A stretch of 20,705 nucleotides of DNA, from UHGV virus genome UHGV-1358007, one strand, 5' to 3'. The DNA is from a virus. This document shows, piece by piece, positions 1-10,299 of this stretch. Position 1 is the stretch's first letter. The number at the start of each line of letters is the position of its first letter. The translations under genes were made by a program, and so were the position numbers. The notes below the pieces were generated by a model. The model was given only the letters and a program-made list of their open reading frames with translations. It did not search any database and was not told the origin of the DNA.

Positions 1-396
1 CCTGGCTAACGGGAAATACACCGCACAGGATGCAACGACAGCACAGAAAGGGATAGTTCAGCTCAGCAGTGCGACTAACAGCACTTCCGAGTCACAGGCG
101 GCAACGCCAAAAGCCGTTAAGGCCGCGTATGACCTGGCTAACGGGAAATACACCGCACAGGATGCAACGACAGCACAGAAAGGGATAGTTCAGCTCAGCA
201 GTGCGACTAACAGCACTTCCGAGTCACAGGCGGCAACGCCAAAAGCCGTTAAGGCCGCGTATGACCTGGCTAACGGGAAATACACCGCACAGGACGCTAC
301 GACAGCACAAAAAGGAATTGTCCAGCTCAGTAGTGCAACCAACAGCACATCTGAAACGCTTGCTGCGACACCGAAAGCAGTGAAAGCAGCTAATGA
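1..396 (+). repeat. Three in-frame tandem copies of a 132-bp (44-aa) repeat inside the tail fiber gene; copies 1 and 2 near-identical, copy 3 diverged
   Basis: Sequence beginning cctggctaacgggaaatacacc recurs at 1, 133 and 265; encodes [30 protein letters not shown]...[11 protein letters not shown]. Confidence 0.9.
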
Positions 397-1612
397 CAAT
401 GCGAATGGTCGGGTACCTTCTGCCCGTAAGGTGAATGGTAAGGCGCTTTCAGCGGATATAACACTGACGCCGAAAGATATTGGTACGCTTAACTCAACAA
501 CAATGTCATTCAGCGGTGGTGCTGGTTGGTTCAAATTAGCAACGGTAACCATGCCACAGGCGAGTTCTGTTGTTTCAATTACGTTGATTGGTGGCGCTGG
601 ATTTAACGTGGGGTCACCTCAACAGGCAGGTATATCTGAACTTGTTTTACGTGCAGGTAATGGTAATCCGAAGGGGATTACTGGTGCTTTATGGCAGCGC
701 ACATCGACAGGGTTTACAAATTTTGCCTGGGTCAATACATCTGGTGATACTTACGATATTTACGTTGCAATCGGAAATTATGCGACTGGTGTAAATATTC
801 AATGGGATTATACCAGTAATGCCAGCGTGACGATTCATACGTCACCAGCATATTCTGCTAATAAGCCGGAAGGGTTAACGGACGGTACAGTTTATTCACT
901 CTATACGCCATCAGAGCAGTTTTATCCGCCTGGCGCACCAATCCCGTGGCCATCAGATACCGTTCCGTCTGGCTATGCCCTGATGCAGGGGCAGACTTTT
1001 GACAAATCTGCATACCCGAAACTTGCAGCGGCTTATCCGTCAGGCGTGATCCCTGATATGCGTGGCTGGACGATTAAGGGCAAACCTGCCAGTGGTCGGG
1101 CCGTATTGTCTCAGGAACAGGACGGCATTAAATCGCATACCCACAGCGCCAGCGCATCCAGTACAGATTTGGGGACGAAAACCACATCGTCGTTTGATTA
1201 CGGCACTAAATCCACGAATAACACTGGTGCGCATACCCATAGTTTAAGTGGCAGCACGAATGCAGCTGGTAATCACAGCCATAGAGATGGCCGTCGATTT
1301 AACCCCAGTGTTTTTAAAGATACTTATCAATATGGTTATACAAGCTCAGGTCAAAATACCTGGGGTGTACAAGGCTCAGTAGGTATGTCTACGGGGTGGT
1401 TAGCGAATACCAGTACAGATGGTAATCATAGCCATTCACTGTCCGGCACAGCAGCATCTGCAGGTGCACACGCGCATACTGTCGGTATTGGTGCTCATAC
1501 GCACTCCGTTGCGATTGGTTCACATGGACACACCATCACCGTTAACGCTGCTGGTAACGCGGAAAACACCGTCAAAAACATCGCATTTAACTATATTGTG
1601 AGGCTTGCATAA
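1..1612 (+). CDS. stf: Side tail fiber protein, 5'-truncated by the window edge (reading frame open from position 2)
   Basis: Frame continuous from window start into ORF 380..1612; tail-fiber-type repeats; His-rich C-terminal HxH repeats ([18 protein letters not shown]); followed by tfa with overlapping TAATG. Confidence 0.85.
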   Translation, partial: LANGKYTAQDATTAQKGIVQLSSATNSTSESQAATPKAVKAAYDLANGKYTAQDATTAQKGIVQLSSATNSTSESQAATPKAVKAAYDLANGKYTAQDATTAQKGIVQLSSATNSTSETLAATPKAVKAANDNANGRVPSARKVNGKALSADITLTPKDIGTLNSTTMSFSGGAGWFKLATVTMPQASSVVSITLIGGAGFNVGSPQQAGISELVLRAGNGNPKGITGALWQRTSTGFTNFAWVNTSGDTYDIYVAIGNYATGVNIQWDYTSNASVTIHTSPAYSANKPEGLTDGTVYSLYTPSEQFYPPGAPIPWPSDTVPSGYALMQGQTFDKSAYPKLAAAYPSGVIPDMRGWTIKGKPASGRAVLSQEQDGIKSHTHSASASSTDLGTKTTSSFDYGTKSTNNTGAHTHSLSGSTNAAGNHSHRDGRRFNPSVFKDTYQYGYTSSGQNTWGVQGSVGMSTGWLANTSTDGNHSHSLSGTAASAGAHAHTVGIGAHTHSVAIGSHGHTITVNAAGNAENTVKNIAFNYIVRLA

Positions 1613-2196
1613 TGGCATTCAGAATGAGTGAACAACCACGGACCATAAAAATTTATAATCTGCTGGCCGGAACTAATGAATTTATTGGTGAAGGTGACGC
1701 ATATATTCCGCCTCATACAGGTCTGCCAGCAAACAGTACCGATATTGCACCACCAGATATTCCTGCTGGCTTTGTGGCTGTTTTCAACAGTGATAAGGCA
1801 TCGTGGCATCTCGTTGAAGACCATCGGGGTAAAACGGTTTATGACGTGGCTTCCGGCGACGCGTTATTTATTTCTGAACTCGGTCCGTTACCGGAAAATG
1901 TTACCTGGTTATCGCCGGGAGGGGAATATCAGAAGTGGAACGGCACAGCCTGGGTGAAGGATACGGAAGCAGAAAAACTGTTCCGGATCCGGGAGGCGGA
2001 AGAAACAAAAAACAGCCTGATGCAGGTAGCCAGTGAGCATATAGCGCCGCTTCAGGATGCTGTAGATCTGGAGATCGCAACGGAGGAAGAAAACTCGTTG
2101 CTGGAAGCCTGGAAAAAGTATCGGGTGTTGCTGAACCGTGTTGATACATCAACTGCACCGGATATTGAGTGGCCTGCTGTCCCTGTTATGGAGTAA
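1612..2196 (+). CDS. tfa: Tail fiber assembly protein (lambda Tfa-like, 194 aa)
   Basis: Translation [34 protein letters not shown]... matches lambda Tfa as I remember it; start overlaps stf stop. Confidence 0.9.
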   Translation: MAFRMSEQPRTIKIYNLLAGTNEFIGEGDAYIPPHTGLPANSTDIAPPDIPAGFVAVFNSDKASWHLVEDHRGKTVYDVASGDALFISELGPLPENVTWLSPGGEYQKWNGTAWVKDTEAEKLFRIREAEETKNSLMQVASEHIAPLQDAVDLEIATEEENSLLEAWKKYRVLLNRVDTSTAPDIEWPAVPVME

Positions 2197-2675
2197 TCGT
2201 TTTGTGATATGCCGCAGACACGTCGTATGCAGAAACGTGCTGCGGCTGGCTGGTGAACTTTCAATAGTGCGAGTATTGAATGATTTCCAGCTGTTATCGA
2301 TTTTATGTGTTTTTTGCATGAGGGGATTTCCACCACCTCCCACCGACCATCTAAGACTTTATGCCACTGTCCCTAGGACTGCTATGTACTAGGAGCGGAT
2401 GTTAAACTCAGACTCGTTTCAGCTACATTGCGTTTTGAATAATATTCCATCATAATAACTCTTTGAAAAATGTGATCTTTTCATTTATAACACTGATGAC
2501 TTGCTTATCTCATTGGGATATCGGAGGAGAATACTTAACTATGACAAGCCCGATTATTATGACACTGGCTATATTATATAGATTGATATTAAAATGTAGG
2601 ATTAGGTTCTTGCCAAGGTGTCAAGATTTACAGATAGGTTTAAAACCATATAAATATGTTTTACGGTGAGATACA

Positions 2676-2702
2676 ATACATATTGTAAGGCATAAACGCT
2701 TG
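2676..2702 (+). promoter_or_regulatory. Candidate sigma70 promoter for the cargo gene (-35 ttgtaa, extended -10 tggtaaaat)
   Basis: Motifs about 30 nt upstream of the 2734 start; spacing is short (15 nt); AT-rich context makes chance matches likely. Confidence 0.2.
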
Positions 2703-2733
2703 GTAAAATTTTAATTATTGGAAGAAGCTAATC

Positions 2734-5700
2734 ATGGAACCCATATCAATTACAGTGGCAACTTATGTAGCAACTAAACTTATTGATCAATTCATCTCTC
2801 AAGAAGGATATGGTTGTATTAAGAAAGCATTATTCCCCCAAAAAAGATATGTGGATAGATTATATCAACTAATTGAAGAGACGGCAATTGAGTTTGAAGA
2901 AACATATCCAGTAGAAAGTGGAGCAATACCATTTTATCATTCCGAACCATTGTTTGAGATGTTGAATGAGCACATCTTTTTTAAAGAGTTCCCTGACAAA
3001 GAGATATTATTAGACAAGTTCAAAGAATATCCAAGTATCACTCCCCCAACTCAACAACAACTCAGCCTTTTTTATGAGATGTTATCATTAAAAATCAATA
3101 ATTGTTCGAAGTTAAAAAAGCTACATATCGAAGAAACGTATAAAGAAAAAATATTCGATATTAATGAAGAGCTCATTCAAGTCAAACTTATTTTACGGTC
3201 TATAGATGAGAAACTAACTTTTCACTTAAGTGATGATTGGTTAAATGAAAAAAATAGTCAAGCAATAGCTGACTTGGGAGGTCGATACACACCCGAACTC
3301 AACGTAAAGCTAGAAATAGCAGAGATATTTGATGGCCTCGGTAGAACTAATGATTTTTCTAAAATATTTTATTCGCATATAGATAGCTTTCTGGTCGCTG
3401 GAAAGAAATTACATAGTTGCGATGTAATTTCCTCAGAATTATTTGAAATAAACCAGTCCTTAAAAGAAATTTCTGATATATATCAGGAGATTAATTTTTC
3501 TAAATTAGATGAAATCCCTATAAATAAATTTAATAACTATGTTTCTAGCTGCCAGACAGCTATTGGCGGAGCGGTATCAATATTGTGGGAACTCCGAGAA
3601 AAGTCAGAGCAAGTAGGTGAAACCAAGCATTACAGTGATAAGTATTCATCTACTCTGCGAATGCTTCGGGAATTTGACTATGCGTGCAATGAATTACGTA
3701 TATTCATTAATTCAACAACAGTGAAGTTGGCTAACAACCCATTCTTACTTCTCGAAGGAAAAGCAGGAATTGGTAAGTCTCATTTACTGGCTGATGTGAT
3801 TAAAAATCGAATTGCTTCTGGGTATCCTTCACTACTCATACTAGGGCAACAACTTACTTCAGATGAATCTCCATGGTCACAAATCTTCAAGAGATTACAG
3901 CTTAAAATCACTTCTCGTGAATTCCTAGAAAAACTGAATTTATATGGCAAAAAAACAGGAAAAAGAGTCTTAGTTTTTATTGATGCTATTAATGAAGGTA
4001 ATGGAAATAAATTCTGGAATGACAATATTAACAGTTTTGTCGATGAAATCAGATGCTTTGAATGGCTTGGTCTGATAATGTCAGTCAGAACAACATATAG
4101 AAATGTAACAATTTCACATGAGAATGTTGTGCGAAATAATTTTGAAATTCATGAACATATTGGATTCCAGAACGTTGAGTTGGAAGCGGTTAGTCTATTT
4201 TATGATTATTACAATATTGAGAGGCCTTCATCTCCTAACCTTAATCCAGAGTTTAAAAATCCTCTATTTCTTAAGTTATTGTGTGAAGGCATTAAGAAAA
4301 ATGGTTTAACCAAAGTGCCTGTTGGATTTAATGGGATTTCAAATATTTTTAACTTTTTAGTTGAAGGGGTAAATAAATCATTAGCATCGCCAAAAAAATA
4401 TGCATTCGATCCCAGTTTTCCTCTTGTTAAAGATGCTCTCAATGAAATCATAAAATTCAAATTAGAGATTGGTCGTAATAGTATTTCACTTAAAGATGCT
4501 CACTCAGTGGTTCAATCTGTAGTTAATGATTATGTTGCTGATAAAACCTTCCTCAGCGCCTTGATTGACGAAGGATTATTGACTAAAGGCATAGTGAGAA
4601 ATGATGATAATTCTACTGAGGAAGTAGTTTATGTGGCTTTTGAAAGGTTTGATGATCATTTAACTGTTAATTTTTTATTAAATGATGTTGAAAATATCGA
4701 AAGTGAATTTAAGCCTGATGGTCGTCTGAAAAAATATTTTCATGATGAATGTGATTTTTATATAAAATCGGGAATAGTAGAGGCGTTGTCTATTCAATTG
4801 CCAGAAAGGTATGAAAAAGAGCTTTATGAATTTCTGCCGGAGTTCAGCAATAATCTTAAATTACTAGAAGCCTTTATTGATAGCTTGATATGGCGCGATA
4901 TTAAGGCTATTGATTTCGAAAAAATTAGACCTTTCATCAATGAACATGTTTTTAAATTTAAAGATAGTTTTGATCATTTCCTCGAGGCAGTGATCTCTAT
5001 TTCAGGTTTAGTTGGCCATCCCTTTAATGCTAATTTCTTGCATGATTGGCTAAAAGATTATTCTTTGGCAAATCGAGATTCGTTTTGGACTACAGAACTT
5101 AAATATAAATATAGTGAAGACTCAGCATTTAGGCATCTAATCGATTGGGCATGGGCCAGAACAGATAAAAGCTTTGTTTCGGATGAGTCAATCGAGCTAG
5201 TTGCAACTAGTTTATGCTGGTTTTTAACTTCTAGTAACCGAGAACTTCGAGATTGCTCAACTAAGGCTTTAGTGAGTTTACTCGAGCCAAGAATTCCTGT
5301 ATTGAGAAAAATAATTGATAAGTTTTATGGTGTAAATGATCCTTACGTTTGGGAAAGAATATTTGCAGTTGCATTAGGCTGTACATTGCGAACTGATAAT
5401 ATTAAAGAACTAAAATATTTAGCCGAAACTGTTTACCAAAAGGTATTTTGTTCTAAGTATGTGTATCCAAATATATTACTTAGAGATTATGCTAGAGAGA
5501 TTATTGAATTTGCTAATCATCTTGGATTGGAACTTGAAAGCATTGAATTATCCAAGACTAGACCACCCTACAACAGCATTTGGCCTGACAAGATTCCTTC
5601 AAAAGAGGAACTAGAGTCCCTTTATGATAAAGAACCTTATCGGGAACTCTGGAGCTCTATTATGGAAGATGGTGACTTTTCACGATATACTATTGGAACA

Positions 5701-7188
5701 AATTATAATCATTCTGATTGGTCTGGTTGCAAGTTTAATGAAACCCCTGTTGACCGTAAGCAAGTTTTTAAAACTTTCAAATGTAAACTAACTGATCAAC
5801 AAAAAGACTTGTATGATGCCACAGATCCTTTCATTTATGATGATAAATGCGAAGGAATTAAATTTGGTCGTGTGGTCGGTAGAAAAGCACAGGAAGAAAT
5901 AAAGGCGAGCAAGAAATTATTTAAGAATTCATTGTCATACGATCTGTTAAGTGAGTTTGAAAATGAAATAGAGCCATACCTGGATCATAATAATAATCTG
6001 CTGGAAACTGATAAACACTTTGATCTTCGACTAGCTCAACAATTTATATTCAATCGTGTTATAGAGCTTGGTTGGGATCCGGAGAAGCATGGTAATTTTG
6101 ACCAACAAATAGGAACTGGACGTGGACGTAGAGAGGCATTCCAAGAACGGATTGGTAAAAAATACCAATGGATTGCTTATTATGAATACATGGCAAGGCT
6201 AGCCGATAATTTTACTCGTTTTGAAGGTTATGGTGACGAACGAAAGGAAAATCCATACCAAGGGCCATGGGAGCCTTACGTAAGAGATATAGATCCCACT
6301 ATCTTACTTAAAGAAACTGGAACGAAAAAAATAAGCAATAAAGAAATGTGGTGGCTTAATGATGAAGTGTTTGATTGGACTTGCTCTAATGAAGACTGGG
6401 TTAAAAGTTCTACTACTATAACTAATTCATATGCTTTTATTGAAGTTAAAGATGATAATGGTGATGAATGGATAGTATTAGAAAGTCATCCATCATGGAA
6501 AGAACCAAAAATTATTGGAAACGATGATTGGGGGCACCCACGAAAAGAGGTTTGGTATCAGATCAGAAGTTATATCGTTAAAGTTGAAGAATTTGAAAAT
6601 TTTAGATGTTGGGCAATAGCTCAAGACTTTATGGGCAGGTGGATGCCGGAATGTACTGATAGATACCAATTATTTAATAGGGAGTACTATTGGTCCGAAG
6701 CATTTAAGTCTTTTAAATCAGATTATTATGGTGGATCTGACTGGACTTCGGTAACAGACCGGGAGTCTGGAGCTAAGATAGCTGATGTTAGTGTCACTTC
6801 GATTAATTATTTGTGGGAAGAGGAGTTCGACAAATCAAAAATAGAAACTTTGAATTTTTTGAAGCCTAGTAACTTAATCTTTGAAAAGATGGGATTAAAA
6901 AGTGGGGAAGTAGAGGGTAGCTTCAATGATGAAAATGGAACTATGGTTTGCTTTGCAGCTGAAGCTGTATATGCTTCAAAGCCGCATCTACTTGTTAAAA
7001 AAGAACCATTTTTAACAATGTTAAGGGACAATGGTTTTGAAATCGTTTGGACATTATTAGGTGAAAAGGGCGTTATAGGGGGCTCACTCATATCAAGTCA
7101 TCATTATGGTCGACAGGAGTTTAGTGGAGCATTTTATTATGAAGACAGTCAGCTAACAGGAAGTCATAAAACTAGCTTTACGAGATAA
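2734..7188 (+). CDS. Large NACHT/STAND-like P-loop NTPase (1484 aa); candidate single-gene anti-phage defense protein with unassigned N- and C-terminal domains
   Basis: Uninterrupted 4455-nt ORF with RBS ggaagaag upstream of ATG; Walker A GKAGIGKS (nt 3757-3780); Walker B-like VLVFIDAINE; MSVRTT and HIGFQNVELEAVSLFYDYY resembling NACHT sensor and GF motifs; AT-rich versus flanks. Confidence 0.8.
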   Translation: MEPISITVATYVATKLIDQFISQEGYGCIKKALFPQKRYVDRLYQLIEETAIEFEETYPVESGAIPFYHSEPLFEMLNEHIFFKEFPDKEILLDKFKEYPSITPPTQQQLSLFYEMLSLKINNCSKLKKLHIEETYKEKIFDINEELIQVKLILRSIDEKLTFHLSDDWLNEKNSQAIADLGGRYTPELNVKLEIAEIFDGLGRTNDFSKIFYSHIDSFLVAGKKLHSCDVISSELFEINQSLKEISDIYQEINFSKLDEIPINKFNNYVSSCQTAIGGAVSILWELREKSEQVGETKHYSDKYSSTLRMLREFDYACNELRIFINSTTVKLANNPFLLLEGKAGIGKSHLLADVIKNRIASGYPSLLILGQQLTSDESPWSQIFKRLQLKITSREFLEKLNLYGKKTGKRVLVFIDAINEGNGNKFWNDNINSFVDEIRCFEWLGLIMSVRTTYRNVTISHENVVRNNFEIHEHIGFQNVELEAVSLFYDYYNIERPSSPNLNPEFKNPLFLKLLCEGIKKNGLTKVPVGFNGISNIFNFLVEGVNKSLASPKKYAFDPSFPLVKDALNEIIKFKLEIGRNSISLKDAHSVVQSVVNDYVADKTFLSALIDEGLLTKGIVRNDDNSTEEVVYVAFERFDDHLTVNFLLNDVENIESEFKPDGRLKKYFHDECDFYIKSGIVEALSIQLPERYEKELYEFLPEFSNNLKLLEAFIDSLIWRDIKAIDFEKIRPFINEHVFKFKDSFDHFLEAVISISGLVGHPFNANFLHDWLKDYSLANRDSFWTTELKYKYSEDSAFRHLIDWAWARTDKSFVSDESIELVATSLCWFLTSSNRELRDCSTKALVSLLEPRIPVLRKIIDKFYGVNDPYVWERIFAVALGCTLRTDNIKELKYLAETVYQKVFCSKYVYPNILLRDYAREIIEFANHLGLELESIELSKTRPPYNSIWPDKIPSKEELESLYDKEPYRELWSSIMEDGDFSRYTIGTNYNHSDWSGCKFNETPVDRKQVFKTFKCKLTDQQKDLYDATDPFIYDDKCEGIKFGRVVGRKAQEEIKASKKLFKNSLSYDLLSEFENEIEPYLDHNNNLLETDKHFDLRLAQQFIFNRVIELGWDPEKHGNFDQQIGTGRGRREAFQERIGKKYQWIAYYEYMARLADNFTRFEGYGDERKENPYQGPWEPYVRDIDPTILLKETGTKKISNKEMWWLNDEVFDWTCSNEDWVKSSTTITNSYAFIEVKDDNGDEWIVLESHPSWKEPKIIGNDDWGHPRKEVWYQIRSYIVKVEEFENFRCWAIAQDFMGRWMPECTDRYQLFNREYYWSEAFKSFKSDYYGGSDWTSVTDRESGAKIADVSVTSINYLWEEEFDKSKIETLNFLKPSNLIFEKMGLKSGEVEGSFNDENGTMVCFAAEAVYASKPHLLVKKEPFLTMLRDNGFEIVWTLLGEKGVIGGSLISSHHYGRQEFSGAFYYEDSQLTGSHKTSFTR

Positions 7189-7467
7189 AAATGAATCTCA
7201 GAGCTGAATATATAAGTAGTATTAGAAACCGGGTTATACTTAAGAAATCAATCTTAAGTGTGGCAGTCGAATGGTAGCTAATATGCTAGCGGCGCTAATG
7301 CCTGTTTGTTGCTCATAACAGGCATTCACTTTAGTTATGGCAGAAAAGTATACATGCTGGGTTGGGAAAGTGTGAAAGAAAGGAAGATTGCTGCGCCGTT
7401 TGTCGTCACGTTTATCTTCATTGGCTATGCAAGTCGTAATAAAAGGTGGGACAAAACTGAGACACAT

Positions 7468-7500
7468 AAAGCCTCGCAATGGCTTGCAAGGCTTTACATG
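7468..7500 (-). promoter_or_regulatory. Candidate sib/tI-like hairpin distal to int across the att core
   Basis: Near-perfect 10-bp stem agcctcgcaa/ttgcaaggct with loop tggc, about 80 bp from the att core on the b-region side, analogous in position to lambda sib. Confidence 0.2.
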
Positions 7501-7571
7501 TTTTGATGTGGTGGGACGTGTGAGCGCAGTGTTGATGGGGTAATGCTTTGAATTAGAAGCGGATTCTTATA

Positions 7572-7617
7572 ATTCGTAATGCGAAGGTCGTAGGTTCGAC
7601 TCCTATTATCGGCACCA
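7572..7617 (+). other. Phage attachment core (attP): 46 bp matching the 3' end of tRNA-Thr (thrW, anticodon CGU) through CCA; not a complete tRNA
   Basis: attcgtaatgcgaaggtcgtaggttcgactcctattatcggcacca matches the thrW 3' segment as I remember it; upstream sequence does not continue the tRNA; integrase gene adjacent. Confidence 0.65.
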
Positions 7618-7631
7618 TTTAAATCAATAAG

Positions 7632-8795
7632 TTACACATCATTAGTACCTTCCTTATTTTTTGACTGGGACAAATTTGGGACCGATGGGTTCAGGATCGA
7701 GTCTATTTGCCGTGCGTGTTCGGTAAGGTGATTAGGTGCAAGGTGAGCATATCGACGAACCATTTCGATAGACTCCCAGCCTCCCATTTCCTGTAACACT
7801 GACAACGGGACTCCGGCTTGAACCAGCCAACTTGCCCAGGTGTGTCTCAAGTCGTGAAATCTGAAATCATCAATACCAGCCCGTCTCAGCGCCGCTTTCC
7901 AGGCTGTGTTTGCGTCATACCGCATCTTCCTTACTGTTGGCGCTTTCGTTCCGTCTGGTTTGGTACAGCTTTCCTTGTACACAAATACCCAACGGTGATG
8001 ATTCCCGATTTGTTTTTTCAATACGCGACATGCAGTATCATTCAGCGCAACGCCAATTGCGCGGTTTGATTTACTCTCTTCCGGGTTTATCCATGCCACC
8101 CGGCGCTGCATATCTATTTGTTGCCATTCAAGGTTGATGATGTTCGAGCGTCTTAAGCCTGTTGCCAGTGCAAATTCAACAACAGACTTTAATGGCTCCG
8201 GACATTCATCAATCAGCCTTTGTGCTTCATGGGGCTCCAGCCAGCGGATCCGTTTATTCTTTGGTTGAGGCACTTTAATAATTGGTGCCTTATCCAGCAT
8301 TTTCCATTCACGCTCTGCGGCTCTTAGTAGGGCCTTTATAAATGAAAGATGCGTAGCCTTCGTTGCAACGGACGCTGGTTTTGGCGTGTATTCTGGAACA
8401 GGTTTCCCTTTTTTTCTGCATGCTTCTGCCCTGAGTTTCCAGTTTTCCTCATGACGCCGGTTCGTCATTTTCTGCATTGCTGAATAAATTTTTGATTCAG
8501 TAATGTCTCTTAGTTGCATTCCTGCGAAATGTTGAAGCCAGAATCCGATCCGGCTTTTGTCATCGTCCAGTGATTTTTTATGTGCTTTCTCTTCAAGCCA
8601 CCTGACACACGCTTCCTCGAACGTTATATCAGGTATTTCACCAAGTTTGCTGACCCGCCATGCTTCAGCCTTTAGCTTGTCATGGAGTTCTGTCGCCTGC
8701 CTTTTGTCCTTTGTTCCAAGAGACTGTTTAAATCTTTTACCGTTCGGCAATGTGAAACTGGCGTACCATATTTCACCTCTGCGGAAGAGTGACAT
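7632..8795 (-). CDS. int: Tyrosine integrase (P22 Int-like, 387 aa)
   Basis: [33 protein letters not shown]... with C-terminal [15 protein letters not shown]...VRRYAHL catalytic region; RBS aggaaag upstream; next to att core. Confidence 0.95.
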   Translation of the reverse strand: MSLFRRGEIWYASFTLPNGKRFKQSLGTKDKRQATELHDKLKAEAWRVSKLGEIPDITFEEACVRWLEEKAHKKSLDDDKSRIGFWLQHFAGMQLRDITESKIYSAMQKMTNRRHEENWKLRAEACRKKGKPVPEYTPKPASVATKATHLSFIKALLRAAEREWKMLDKAPIIKVPQPKNKRIRWLEPHEAQRLIDECPEPLKSVVEFALATGLRRSNIINLEWQQIDMQRRVAWINPEESKSNRAIGVALNDTACRVLKKQIGNHHRWVFVYKESCTKPDGTKAPTVRKMRYDANTAWKAALRRAGIDDFRFHDLRHTWASWLVQAGVPLSVLQEMGGWESIEMVRRYAHLAPNHLTEHARQIDSILNPSVPNLSQSKNKEGTNDV

Positions 8796-9022
8796 TTTCT
8801 TTCCTCTGTTATGCCATCACCCGCGCTCACCTGGACAGTATGCAGCGGAGACTGAAGAGCCGCAATGCAGGCTTGTCGTGTTGTGAGGTAAGGAGATTTA
8901 TTCTTAGTGGGATCTTTGCGTGTTGCCTGAAGACGCCCTGTGCGTATCCAGTTAATGGCAGTCGGTCTGGATATCTTGAGAAAATGACAGGCCTCATCGA
9001 GTGTGAGGCTGTATGGCTCCAT
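8672..9022 (-). CDS. xis: Excisionase (P22 Xis-like, 116 aa), start taken at internal ATG with RBS
   Basis: [36 protein letters not shown]...; agaggtga RBS before ATG at 9022; overlaps int 3' end as in lambdoid int-xis pairs. Confidence 0.8.
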   Translation of the reverse strand: MEPYSLTLDEACHFLKISRPTAINWIRTGRLQATRKDPTKNKSPYLTTRQACIAALQSPLHTVQVSAGDGITEERKCHSSAEVKYGTPVSHCRTVKDLNSLLEQRTKGRRQNSMTS

Positions 9023-9327
9023 TATTTCACCTCTTGTTGTGACATTGTTGAAAAATGGATACCTGCTCGTTGCTGCCAGACGATCCAACCGAGAGTCATA
9101 TCCCATGCCATGTATTCGTTATCGCCGTTTTTTGCTCTCCGACGATCTACTAAGTCACCGAAACGCTTTTCCATGAATAATTCATAAGCTTCGCGTTCAT
9201 CTGGTTCTACTTCCAGAGATAGGAGTGCGATTTCATAAGCACGGCGCTCAATATCGTCTCGCACGTCAAGGCTGCTGATACGCTCTTTAATTTCTTTAAT
9301 CAGTTCTTTGTCGGTAAAAGTGGTCAT
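9022..9327 (-). CDS. Hypothetical early-left protein (101 aa, acidic)
   Basis: ORF translationally coupled to xis and the upstream gene; similar in size and order to yfdT-like genes of enterobacterial prophages (from memory). Confidence 0.6.
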   Translation of the reverse strand: MTTFTDKELIKEIKERISSLDVRDDIERRAYEIALLSLEVEPDEREAYELFMEKRFGDLVDRRRAKNGDNEYMAWDMTLGWIVWQQRAGIHFSTMSQQEVK

Positions 9328-9689
9328 TATGCTCCAGCCTCCGGTGCTTTTGGCATTACTGCCCAGTGAGTGATATTGACGTTTTCAAGGTCCCCGACCT
9401 GAAATGTCCACTGCCATTCTCCGGTTTCTTTTTGTCCCCAGGTGTACCAGAGAGAACGCCAGCCAATTAGCCAGCCTTCTCCGTTAGCATCGAATAACAA
9501 AACACTTTCATTTGCTGGTGGCAGTTCAGTTGACACTGGTATTACTTTGTTTTCCTGTGCTGCACATTTAGCTTCAAGCGCATCGAATTTACGCACCAGG
9601 TATTCAGCATCTGTTTCATTCACTTTCAGATCTCGCGGTACACATCTCCCACGAAGAAACCCTTCCATTTCGAAAACATTCATGCGCAT
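9327..9689 (-). CDS. Hypothetical early-left protein (120 aa)
   Basis: ORF in operon context; ATGA overlap with downstream gene. Confidence 0.6.
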   Translation of the reverse strand: MRMNVFEMEGFLRGRCVPRDLKVNETDAEYLVRKFDALEAKCAAQENKVIPVSTELPPANESVLLFDANGEGWLIGWRSLWYTWGQKETGEWQWTFQVGDLENVNITHWAVMPKAPEAGA

Positions 9690-10216
9690 TTGCGTAACTC
9701 CGATAACTCGTTAAAACGTTCCATAAACATCCCGTAGGCATGGCCCGGTGCCTGTGGAATCACTTTGAACATCTCTGTTGCCGGGATACCTTCCAGTACA
9801 GGCCAGAAAGAGCCATCATCAAGCCCGAGATCGCGGCGTTCGGTTGCCAGCATAATGAGATCGGCATATTTCACTGGCGTGCTCATAACAGGAGGTAACC
9901 CGTATTTCTCACGGATTACGGCGTCTATTTTTTCTTCCATCCGTTTATAGTCAGGAAGAAGTCGTTTCAGTGGTGCGGGGATGTCCTGGCAATATGCTTC
10001 TGTTGCATCATGCATTAAAGCTTCAAAAGCAAATTCCTGTGGCACCAGCTGGCTGCAAAGCACCGCATGTTGGGCGACACTGTAGAAGTGTGAAAGATGT
10101 CCTGCAAAGCGACAGATATTTGAAAGGGAAACCGCGATATCGTTAATAACGATGTCGTCTTTATTTATCCTGTCATAATAAAAATGCTTCCCGGAAAAAG
10201 TTTTAATAAATGACAT
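9680..10216 (-). CDS. HD-domain phosphohydrolase (YfdR-like 5'-deoxynucleotidase family), 178 aa from internal ATG
   Basis: H...HD motif (SVAQHAVLC ... LMHDATEAY); ggagaa RBS 7 nt before ATG at 10216; the ORF track's longer start at 10243 lacks an RBS. Confidence 0.75.
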   Translation of the reverse strand: MSFIKTFSGKHFYYDRINKDDIVINDIAVSLSNICRFAGHLSHFYSVAQHAVLCSQLVPQEFAFEALMHDATEAYCQDIPAPLKRLLPDYKRMEEKIDAVIREKYGLPPVMSTPVKYADLIMLATERRDLGLDDGSFWPVLEGIPATEMFKVIPQAPGHAYGMFMERFNELSELRKCA

Positions 10217-10299
10217 TTTGTTCTCCACGTATATGCGCTGCACCGCGCTGAATTCGGGTAAAAGGAAGCCCTCACCGTCCGGCGATTATTGAGTCAATT

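Noticed and set aside
1-396. Tandem direct repeats that could be mistaken for a CRISPR array or satellite
   Set aside because: The period is 132 bp with no repeat-spacer organisation, the repeats are in frame within the tail fiber ORF, and copy 3 diverges the way coding repeats do.
190-1240. Antisense and alternative-frame ORFs overlapping the tail fiber gene (190..552 -, 201..383 +, 588..794 +, 1040..1240 -, 1062..1247 +)
   Set aside because: They lie entirely within a well-supported long CDS and the stf repeat region, with no independent support.
2463-2669. Small hydrophobic ORF upstream of the NACHT-like gene (42 aa from ATG 2541, GGAGGAG 11 nt upstream)
   Set aside because: AT-rich DNA produces such ORFs by chance, the SD spacing is long, and there is no recognisable family; left uncalled, though a small membrane peptide is not excluded.
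7540-7620. A complete tRNA-Thr gene
   Set aside because: Only the 3' 46 nt (anticodon stem onward) match; the sequence upstream does not encode the acceptor/D-arm, so this is an att core, not a functional tRNA.
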